A stretch of DNA of 64,000 nucleotides from an uncultured virus (IMG/VR IMGVR_UViG_3300035423_000032) (Duplodnaviria > Heunggongvirae > Uroviricota > Caudoviricetes): positions 1 through 64,000 of IMG/VR virus record IMGVR_UViG_3300035423_000032; one strand, given 5' to 3'. Below, in pieces: positions 1 to 7,031 of the stretch (position 1 is its first letter; the number at the start of each line of letters is the position of its first letter). The notes beneath the pieces were generated by a model. That model saw nothing but the letters and a program-made list of their open reading frames with translations. It did no database searches and was not told the origin of the DNA. The translations under genes and the position numbers were made by a program.

Positions 1-158
1 GGCGCGGGAAGTCCCGCCTTAATGTATTCGTCCTGCTTAATTCCCTTCCAGTCACCGATAGGGCTTTGGTGGCTTGATAAAGACTGCTTAAGGTCTGCGA
101 TTTGCTGTGAAATCGTAATTACACCGAAGTCTTCAGGGTTTCTTTGTTGTTTGTTCAT
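1..158 (-). CDS. Small conserved phage protein downstream of the RT (runs off the window start)
   Basis: ATG at 158 with GGAG SD; open frame MNKQQRNPEDFGVITISQQIADLKQSLSSHQSPIGDWKGIKQDEYIKAGLPA to position 1; not in ORF track. Confidence 0.7.
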   Translation of the reverse strand, partial: MNKQQRNPEDFGVITISQQIADLKQSLSSHQSPIGDWKGIKQDEYIKAGLPA

Positions 159-172
159 AATAAAGGTTCTCC

Positions 173-1381
173 TTATATTTTAATTTTTATTTTTAATAAA
201 TTGTTGTAGAATTCGTCAAAAGAACGGACGGACTCGGTTTCGCCATACCTTGCGAGCTGACCGCGTGTTGATTTGTAAATCTGTTCAACCTTATCCAGCG
301 TAATTGTTCCTTCGTCGAGTTTTGCTTTCATTGCCTTTAACTTTCTGCAAGTTCTTATACGTTGCGATTTGTCTGGTTTTCTGATTATTCTACCGTCAGG
401 CAATAGTCGATATTGAGTTTTTAGAATTGTAAACGGGTGATGTAGGCTTACTATTTGGGTCTTTCTTTCGTTTAGAAACAGACCAAGTTCAGCGCATAGT
501 TTTTTCAATTCGCTCATTAGTTCCCATAAAAACTCTTTACTTTTGTGTATTATGTAGAAATCATCCATGTAGCGAGCATAGCCTTTAATTCCCTTAACTA
601 TCTTGCAATAATTATCAATTCTGTAGGGATAGACAACGCCCGCAATTTGCGCAATATGACTGCCGATACCCATAGACTTATCCATTAGCTTTTTACCAGT
701 TTTAAGGGTTGCGTCTATTAAGGCATTTTCAATCGAGTTGAACGGTGTATCCATACATTCGGCGTATTCTTCGTCGGTCATATATGAAACGTCTATTTTA
801 TGCGCATCGATAAGCAGTTTTGCAAAGTTTATTACTTCCGAATCCGCTCCGAGTTCTTTTAGAATTTGCAGGAAAACAGTATGACGAAGATTATCAAAAT
901 ATTTTCTAAAATCGCCTATAACGATAAACCCGTCGTTACCGTTTTCTTTTGCAAAATCCGTTAAATGTAGTTCGAGCCTTGCTCTAAAATGGTCAGTCCC
1001 GCGCCCTTTTAGGGATGCGGAATTATCATATATTAGTTTCGGGCGAATGAGCGGAAGCAAAACTTTGTTTACGAAGCACCATTGTACAATTCTATCGTCT
1101 ATAATATACGATTCTATTAGTCTTAATTTACCGCGCTCATTGTAGAGAAAACAATACGGCTTTGTTGGTTTATAGGTGCCGTTGATTAGTCTTTTGTGTA
1201 AATCAAGTAAGTGAAACAGTAAATCTTCTTCGTAGCGTTGGGTGGTTTCTTTCCACCCGCTCGCCGCTTTGACTTCCAAAAACGCTTCGTATAAATTATC
1301 TAAATTATACAGGGCTTCAATCATAATTAAATTTTTGCCATCGGACGTATCCGGGCAATAAGTCCCTTTCGGGCTATTCAC
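173..1381 (-). CDS. DGR reverse transcriptase (true start may be the ATG at 1324)
   Basis: YARYMDDFYII catalytic motif, GDFRKYFD, KGRGT, ERGKLRLI, DRIVQ, LNERKT; adjacent to TR and avd. Confidence 0.95.
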   Translation of the reverse strand: MNSPKGTYCPDTSDGKNLIMIEALYNLDNLYEAFLEVKAASGWKETTQRYEEDLLFHLLDLHKRLINGTYKPTKPYCFLYNERGKLRLIESYIIDDRIVQWCFVNKVLLPLIRPKLIYDNSASLKGRGTDHFRARLELHLTDFAKENGNDGFIVIGDFRKYFDNLRHTVFLQILKELGADSEVINFAKLLIDAHKIDVSYMTDEEYAECMDTPFNSIENALIDATLKTGKKLMDKSMGIGSHIAQIAGVVYPYRIDNYCKIVKGIKGYARYMDDFYIIHKSKEFLWELMSELKKLCAELGLFLNERKTQIVSLHHPFTILKTQYRLLPDGRIIRKPDKSQRIRTCRKLKAMKAKLDEGTITLDKVEQIYKSTRGQLARYGETESVRSFDEFYNNLLKIKIKI

Positions 1382-1455
1382 CTTTTAATAAAGGATAGAT
1401 AATCGTTCCTTCCAAATCAAAAAAAAATCTATTATCCCTTGATAATAAATATCTG

Positions 1456-1543
1456 GAAGCGGGGGCGAAGGTAATTCTCGTTGTCCGCGTTGTTGTAGTT
1501 CGCATTCCCGTTGTTGTTCACATTGCAGAAGTACTCAGCCGAG
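1456..1543 (-). repeat. DGR template repeat (TR), part of the non-coding template RNA
   Basis: 88-nt intergenic copy of both VRs; reads SAEYFCNVNNNGNANYNNADNENYLRPRF with 10 AAY codons and 26 adenines. Confidence 0.96.
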
Positions 1544-1570
1544 TTGTAACGATTACCTCACAAAATGTCT

Positions 1571-2107
1571 TTACGACAGTTTTGTCAAAATTTGATTATC
1601 GCTTTTTCTGACTCCTTTCAATAAATTTATTTCCTTTTGTAAAAGCTCACCAACAACCTGATATGCACCTACGCTTACTTTAATTGTTGATAATATTTCG
1701 TGAAATTTGTCTTTCAAAGCGTTACAGTATCCTATGGCTTTATCCCACGCAATTCTGCGCTCAGAGTATTCTTCTTTACAAGTTATATAAATTGAATTTG
1801 CTAACTCGATTTGTACGCCGAGATTTGTGAGAATTTCTCGCGTTTCGTTGCGCCAAGCATTTACAAGCCATTCAGAATATTTGTCTATCAGCACCGAATC
1901 TATTCCGTACTTTAACGTTATTTCTTCGAGTGTCTTTTTGTCCTCTTCGGACAGTTCGTAAATATCTGTGATTAGTGCTACGGTATATGTTCTTTTCTTA
2001 ATTCCAAAGTCGCGCATTAAAATGACATTCACTTCTTTGCGCAACTTATGGAATGTTGAAAGAAATTCTACCTTTGACGGTGTTTGTTTATATTGAGGTA
2101 CACCCAT
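1571..2107 (-). CDS. avd: Avd-like accessory variability determinant (four-helix bundle)
   Basis: Lies between target and TR; helical; ANSIY...ERR...KAIG and EINLLKGVRKSD motifs resemble Avd-family proteins. Confidence 0.85.
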   Translation of the reverse strand: MGVPQYKQTPSKVEFLSTFHKLRKEVNVILMRDFGIKKRTYTVALITDIYELSEEDKKTLEEITLKYGIDSVLIDKYSEWLVNAWRNETREILTNLGVQIELANSIYITCKEEYSERRIAWDKAIGYCNALKDKFHEILSTIKVSVGAYQVVGELLQKEINLLKGVRKSDNQILTKLS

Positions 2108-2121
2108 TTATTCCTTCTTTA

Positions 2122-2144
2122 CCCCACCCGACGCGCGGGTGGGG
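2122..2144. promoter_or_regulatory. DGR target-recognition hairpin downstream of VR1 (may also act as a terminator)
   Basis: CCCCACCCG-acgcg-CGGGTGGGG, perfect 9-bp stem, 8 nt beyond the stop codon. Confidence 0.8.
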
Positions 2145-2152
2145 ATTATAGA

Positions 2153-3208
2153 TTAGGCGATTACGAAGCGGGGGCGAAGGTAATACTCGCCGTCCGCGTT
2201 GTTGTAGTCCGCATACCCGTTGCCGTTCACATCGCAGAAGTACTCAGCCGAGGCAACGTCGCGCAGCCAGTAATATTCGCTGTTTATAAGGTCTGCGGTG
2301 TTAAGGCGGAAAATGGGAAGTTGGTTTTTAGCAGTACCTATATCGTAACCGCTTGAACCCCAAACAACCGAGCCGTAAACTTCGATTTCCGACATTAAGA
2401 TTGCCTGAACTTCTATCCATTCCCAGCTTGACGATGCTCCCGTAGCCTGACCGAAACGATTATAGCGCGCGGGGTCCATTGCCGAAGAAACAAGTTCTCT
2501 GTATGTTTGCAAGTGGGAACCGAATATGTTGTAAAGCTGTTCGTTTATTGTACCGTTCGGATTACCTGCCGTTGCGGGCACGCCGATAATCGTTTTATTC
2601 ATCTTGCTGTTTTTATAACCGCCCGTAGTATCGCTACTGTCATTCATAGGCTGACAGTCGCCGAAGTTTCTGTCGGGAACCAAATCGATATGAGGTTTGG
2701 TGAGCATATTGCCACTCCAGTAGTTTTTCCAGTGGCAGTTAAAACCTGCGATTTTAACAATATCGGTACCTGCATTGTCACAATCGTCGCCAACAACGCA
2801 AACTTTTCTCGGCATCTTAATGTAGTCGCCCACATACAAATCCTCAAAAGTTGCGTAACCGTTGGTACCCGCGATTCTGTCATACAGAGAGCCGTCGTTA
2901 AAATACTCCGTAATGTCTTTGCCGCGATAAATTGAATTGTGGAAGCCTGCGGTATTGATATTTGATGCACCGATAATGGCGGCAAGTAAATCGGAAAAAG
3001 CGATTTTCTTTGCGCTCTCCGCACTATCAACCACCACCGAATCCGTATTTGTCGGTGCGTCCGCAGAATAATCTGCCGTTTTGAGAACCGCAGAAAGCAA
3101 CTCTGCAAATTCGATTCTCTTTGTTCCCTCTGCGCCGTCGTGAACTAACGATTGCGTTTTTGAGGGGGTGCCTTTTTCTAAGTCTTTAATAGAAATAAAA
3201 TCATCCAT
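2153..3208 (-). CDS. DGR target 1: putative receptor-binding/tail-associated protein with C-terminal CLec-like (DUF6273-like) variable domain
   Basis: C-terminal YWLRDVASAEYFC...YLRPRF carries VR1; GGYKNSKM and LMSEIEVYG motifs; last gene of the fibre cluster. Confidence 0.9.
   Translation of the reverse strand: MDDFISIKDLEKGTPSKTQSLVHDGAEGTKRIEFAELLSAVLKTADYSADAPTNTDSVVVDSAESAKKIAFSDLLAAIIGASNINTAGFHNSIYRGKDITEYFNDGSLYDRIAGTNGYATFEDLYVGDYIKMPRKVCVVGDDCDNAGTDIVKIAGFNCHWKNYWSGNMLTKPHIDLVPDRNFGDCQPMNDSSDTTGGYKNSKMNKTIIGVPATAGNPNGTINEQLYNIFGSHLQTYRELVSSAMDPARYNRFGQATGASSSWEWIEVQAILMSEIEVYGSVVWGSSGYDIGTAKNQLPIFRLNTADLINSEYYWLRDVASAEYFCDVNGNGYADYNNADGEYYLRPRFVIA
2165..2252 (-). repeat. Variable repeat VR1
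   Basis: 80/88 identical to TR; all 8 mismatches at TR adenines (coding strand). Confidence 0.96.
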
Positions 3209-3226
3209 AAAAACTAATCTCCTTTT

Positions 3227-3787
3227 TTATTTGATTTTTAATTTGAAGTTATATTGAATAGTGTTTCCGTTGCTGTCTATGAGCGTTTTACCATCTGACG
3301 TGTGAAGTGGCGCGGATAGCCCCTCACCGCTCACGCAAGCCTTATAAATATCGTCAACCGTTAAGCCGCCGCAGTCGGGAATTTCTATCGGCTTAACAAA
3401 CCAAGGAAGACTGTCCCATCTTGTAACGCCGTCGCCGATTTTTGCCGAATTGTCGTCTGTAACATAGCCGATTACGCCGTCTTCGAGTATCGAGTTTTGT
3501 TCTTGCCATTCTTTGAGGCTTGCTCGACGAATAAACACCTTTTCTTCTTTGGGTTGCTCGTCGTCATTTTGGCTGACTATTTTGACGTATTTCTTATCTA
3601 TATCGTTCCAGTAATACGCCTCATTCGCGGTAGTATCTATGTACAGTAAATTACCTTTGCCTGTGGCGGGAAATTCTGAAACAGATTTCGCTTGAACTAT
3701 GGCGTTATAAACAATGGTTGTGCTACCGCCACCACCCGACCCGCCACTGTTGCCTGATACTGGAAACGAATAAGGACCTAAAACCAT
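3227..3787 (-). CDS. Tail fibre-associated protein with Mtd_N/hyaluronidase N-terminal-like domain
   Basis: RRASLKEW..NSILEDGVIGYVTD...KIGDGVTRWDSLPW motif. Confidence 0.75.
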   Translation of the reverse strand: MVLGPYSFPVSGNSGGSGGGGSTTIVYNAIVQAKSVSEFPATGKGNLLYIDTTANEAYYWNDIDKKYVKIVSQNDDEQPKEEKVFIRRASLKEWQEQNSILEDGVIGYVTDDNSAKIGDGVTRWDSLPWFVKPIEIPDCGGLTVDDIYKACVSGEGLSAPLHTSDGKTLIDSNGNTIQYNFKLKIK

Positions 3788-4074
3788 AATTGTTGTACCT
3801 CTACTTCGCCCGTGCCTTTAAGGTAAATGGTTTTGGCTTTCGCTTGACCATTTAAGCCGTCTTTTTCGTTTATTACGCAAACCTGTCCGTATCCGTTTGA
3901 AATCTTAATAGACGTATCTTCCGAAACCGCATCTTCAAACGAAACATAAACGTCGCCACCCGAAAAGTTTTTGACAAGATATTGTCCGCCGTAAGATTCA
4001 AATTCCACCGCCGAAACGCTACCTGAAAGCTGTACTCTTTTTACACGTTGTACAGGCTGATTATTCTTTGCCAT
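3778..4074 (-). CDS. Small beta-rich hypothetical virion protein
   Basis: AAGGAG SD; located in the fibre cluster. Confidence 0.7.
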   Translation of the reverse strand: MAKNNQPVQRVKRVQLSGSVSAVEFESYGGQYLVKNFSGGDVYVSFEDAVSEDTSIKISNGYGQVCVINEKDGLNGQAKAKTIYLKGTGEVEVQQLWF

Positions 4075-4104
4075 ATCGGTATTCTCCTTTAATTTAGTTT
4101 GAAT

Positions 4105-5238
4105 TTAAGAATTGCAGACTTTAATGTTCGCGTATATGTGTTTTCCGTTGATTGTTAAATATCTACCATCGCTTGTTGAAAGCGGGGTACTTAACTCACC
4201 CTTTAATATGAGTGCCGCCAAGTCCACAAGCCTTACACAATCGTTGTTTAGAATGGGTTTTGAAGATTTGATATTTTCCGCGTCGTTATAGCGCGGTAAT
4301 GCGCCAGCAAGCGGCGATTCGCTTATGGTTACGTCGTCGAGCCTTGCGCCCGTAACGCCTTGTGGAATCTCAATATCTAAAACCATATCGAGTGCAGTGC
4401 CAACATTTTTTACTGTCGCGGCGTGGTCAGGCGCAACAGTAGTTACTTTCCCGATTTTTATTGAAGGGTTTTGTCCTTGATAAGCAACCGAGTAAACTGT
4501 TGAGCTGGAATTATCCGTATAAGTCGTTACGGTTTTAGACCAAAGGAATTTACCCTGCGTAATCGTTGACGGAATAGATGATACCCACCCTTCTTCGGGC
4601 GGCGTTGCGCCTGTATCGCTAACCGCATAATTTATTATCGTGGTTGAGATGCCTATACCGTTATATCCGACTGAATAAAATATTGCGCTTGTGCCGTCCG
4701 TGTAGTTGATTTTTGTTCGCGTCCACAGAAATGTGTTTACCTTGACTGCGGGAATTGTTTTAGTCCACGCCGCATCGTCAGTAGGAATATCTGAACCGCT
4801 GGAAGTGCGTTGATAGTCAACTTCAGTTGATTTTACACCAACACCCGTAACACCGCCTGCACCCACAGCATACGAAACGACTTGCGCACCGTCGGTATAT
4901 GTAAGCGTTATTCTCGTCCACAGAAAGTCGCCCGGCTTAACGGTTGGAATGGTTCCGCTCCAACCTTCTTCGGGCGGTGCTGTTACGTCGGGTTTTGTTG
5001 TGATATAGTCTGTTGTGGTTGATGATATGCCCCTACCCGACGCAAGTTCCATCCAGTAATTTTCCCAGTTCTCGTCGATTGTGGGGCGGACATTTATGCT
5101 ACTTTTTTTAGCAATATAAGTGCCGAAATTGTGTGTAACAATGTTGAGCTTTTGGTAAACGGTTTTTGCTTCCCATTTACCGCGCGCTACGGGTACCACA
5201 ATTCCAAGTTCGCGTTGGTCAATGACTGTTGAACCCAT
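4105..5238 (-). CDS. Tail fibre protein with three internal repeats
   Basis: Three copies of PP..GW...IP....G.FLW(T/S)...Y(T)D...YSV-like repeats; GGAGG SD. Confidence 0.8.
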   Translation of the reverse strand: MGSTVIDQRELGIVVPVARGKWEAKTVYQKLNIVTHNFGTYIAKKSSINVRPTIDENWENYWMELASGRGISSTTTDYITTKPDVTAPPEEGWSGTIPTVKPGDFLWTRITLTYTDGAQVVSYAVGAGGVTGVGVKSTEVDYQRTSSGSDIPTDDAAWTKTIPAVKVNTFLWTRTKINYTDGTSAIFYSVGYNGIGISTTIINYAVSDTGATPPEEGWVSSIPSTITQGKFLWSKTVTTYTDNSSSTVYSVAYQGQNPSIKIGKVTTVAPDHAATVKNVGTALDMVLDIEIPQGVTGARLDDVTISESPLAGALPRYNDAENIKSSKPILNNDCVRLVDLAALILKGELSTPLSTSDGRYLTINGKHIYANIKVCNS

Positions 5239-5274
5239 TAAAGAAATACCTCCTATTTTTTTTAGTTTTATTGA

Positions 5275-5367
5275 AAAATAATAAAAGGCTATAAGCAGAC
5301 AAAACCTTTTGATTCTGTAACTGCTTATAGCCCCTTTTGGCTTTCCCTATCGTCCATTTACGATAAG
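5275..5367 (-). promoter_or_regulatory. Repeated structured RNA element, copy C (hairpin-AGCCAAAAGGGGCU-terminator)
   Basis: CUUAUCGU-AAAUGG-ACGAUAGG hairpin, GAAAGCCAAAAG linker, GGGCUAUAAGCAG/CUGCUUAUAGCCU stem, then U-rich tract. Confidence 0.8.
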
Positions 5368-5401
5368 ATAAGTATTAAGTTGTACATGCATGGTTCGACG
5401 A

Positions 5402-5710
5402 CTATATCGACCAAGAACCGTTCTGCATAATAATTCCGTTGTTTATATCTTGCGAGTACCAAACACTGACCGTTTTTCCTACAGCTAACGCAGATACTGG
5501 CATTCTTGAATTATACGGCAATGTAATAGCCTTTTCGTCAAAAGGAAAATGCACCTTAACCGTTTTTTCTGTAGTGTTGGGCGGTTCTGCCACTATCATT
5601 TTTCTTGCTTTTATGGCCGCCCTTACGACTGGGTGATTTTCTATAACTTCGCTTACGAAGTCTGTAAGCATATATTTAAACGCTTCGGCTTCTTTTAATT
5701 TATCACTCAT
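5402..5710 (-). CDS. Hypothetical tail-tip protein
   Basis: ATG at 5710 follows the stop of the upstream gene (track ORF 5402-5773). Confidence 0.7.
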   Translation of the reverse strand: MSDKLKEAEAFKYMLTDFVSEVIENHPVVRAAIKARKMIVAEPPNTTEKTVKVHFPFDEKAITLPYNSRMPVSALAVGKTVSVWYSQDINNGIIMQNGSWSI

Positions 5711-5720
5711 AATTATTCTA

Positions 5721-7025
5721 TCATATTCCTTGCGATAAGTCCAAATCTTTAACCGTAACTTTCGGAAAATCATTTGTCGAGGTTGCGGTAATACTCATAC
5801 TGCCCGACGAAGAAAGCGGAAGGCTGTATGACTGTATTAAATGCCTTTCTAATCCGCCGCCCTGCTTATCTGACCTAAGTACCGATATAATGTTGTTTTC
5901 GCGTAAATGGAAAAGCTGGGGGCACGAAATCGTAATTGATTTTTGTAATACCGTCTTCTGTTTTAAATACTGGCTTGTAAGGTCGCGGCATTGCTCTACC
6001 GAGTAGCAAGTATTTGAGCTTTCAAAATAGGTCTTCTTGCCTATAAGGTTTGCATTTGTGTCGCTTGCCGGGTCAAGGTTTGTTGCTCGTGCGCCAACCA
6101 TAGCCTCGTCCAAAGTTTCACCGAAAACGATAATATCGTTAAAGACATTTGTCGGTTTTGCGCTTTCGGAAATAGAAAACGTTGTCTTCCCGCCTTTTAC
6201 TGTGAACGTCCACAAAACGGGTTTAGTCATATCGTTAATATCTTCCTGCGATGCGTCAACTCTTAATGCGCCTGTTTCGTCATAGCCTATCCAACTAACA
6301 AGTAAAGTATTCAGGTCAAGCAAGACGTTTGAATACGCACCGCCTGACGACGTTGTAACGGTGTGCGGCGCAAGGCACATAGGCACGATTTGTCCGTTAA
6401 TTGTAATGGTGCGGTTGTTGTAAAAGCTCGTAAATATAGGCTGCACACTGTCTATCATTTCCGCCTTATTTTTGGTTTCCTTGTGAGTAAACTTCGATAG
6501 ACGCAGAATTCCAGCCATTGCCTCAAAAATATTCGTTCTGTTTAAGATTTCGTATGTGTTTTCGAGTTTGCCGAAAAGAGATCCGTCAAGATATGCCCAT
6601 TTGTCAACCAGTGAATATGACGATTTTCTGCTGTTGGGTTTTAATTCGAGTTTAGGGTCGTCGAAATAAAACACGCCTTGCGATAAATAGAAATCTTGTT
6701 CGCTCTGCAAGCGGATTCCCATTGATAATCTTACCTTGTTACCGAACCATATCTTGTTGACCGCATAATCAAATGCGCCGTCAAGATTTTCAAATGTTAC
6801 ACTCGCCTTTCTGCGCTGCCCATTGTTTAAGGAAACGCTAAGCGAGCCGTCCTGAATAAATGCTCTACTGTCGGCGTAACCACCGTAACCGCGCTTAAAG
6901 TTATTATCAAGCGCGAATGCTACGGTGTTGTCCGGGTTAAGAAATTCAAGTTTGGTCAGTTTTTTGTATCGTTCGGGATATTCAACTTCCCGAAGGTATT
7001 GCTGGTATGGTGTTAATGTTGCCAT
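5721..7025 (-). CDS. Tail tip/baseplate hub-like protein
   Basis: 434 aa, second gene after the tape measure; GVFY, DKWAYLDG and N.I.V.G motifs like siphophage hub proteins. Confidence 0.65.
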   Translation of the reverse strand: MATLTPYQQYLREVEYPERYKKLTKLEFLNPDNTVAFALDNNFKRGYGGYADSRAFIQDGSLSVSLNNGQRRKASVTFENLDGAFDYAVNKIWFGNKVRLSMGIRLQSEQDFYLSQGVFYFDDPKLELKPNSRKSSYSLVDKWAYLDGSLFGKLENTYEILNRTNIFEAMAGILRLSKFTHKETKNKAEMIDSVQPIFTSFYNNRTITINGQIVPMCLAPHTVTTSSGGAYSNVLLDLNTLLVSWIGYDETGALRVDASQEDINDMTKPVLWTFTVKGGKTTFSISESAKPTNVFNDIIVFGETLDEAMVGARATNLDPASDTNANLIGKKTYFESSNTCYSVEQCRDLTSQYLKQKTVLQKSITISCPQLFHLRENNIISVLRSDKQGGGLERHLIQSYSLPLSSSGSMSITATSTNDFPKVTVKDLDLSQGI

Positions 7026-7031
7026 GCGGGT

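Larger units (their letters stand above)
173..3208 (-). mobile_element. Diversity-generating retroelement cassette: target(VR)-avd-TR-RT
   Basis: RT, Avd-like gene, and a TR/VR pair differing only at TR adenines, plus a hairpin downstream of the VR. Confidence 0.97.

Noticed and set aside
3..16. GCGGGA/TCCCGC hairpin at the window start
   Set aside because: It lies inside a likely coding frame, has a 2-nt loop and has no context to support a terminator
173..1381. RT as a group II intron, retron or Abi RT
   Set aside because: No maturase/endonuclease extension or intron boundaries; Avd and the A-specific TR/VR pairs identify a DGR
2084..2356. Plus-strand ORF sharing GAKVI..VRVVV...AEVLSRGN with plus-strand ORF 51173-51541
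   Set aside because: Both are antisense shadows of VR1 and VR2; the similarity only reflects the repeat
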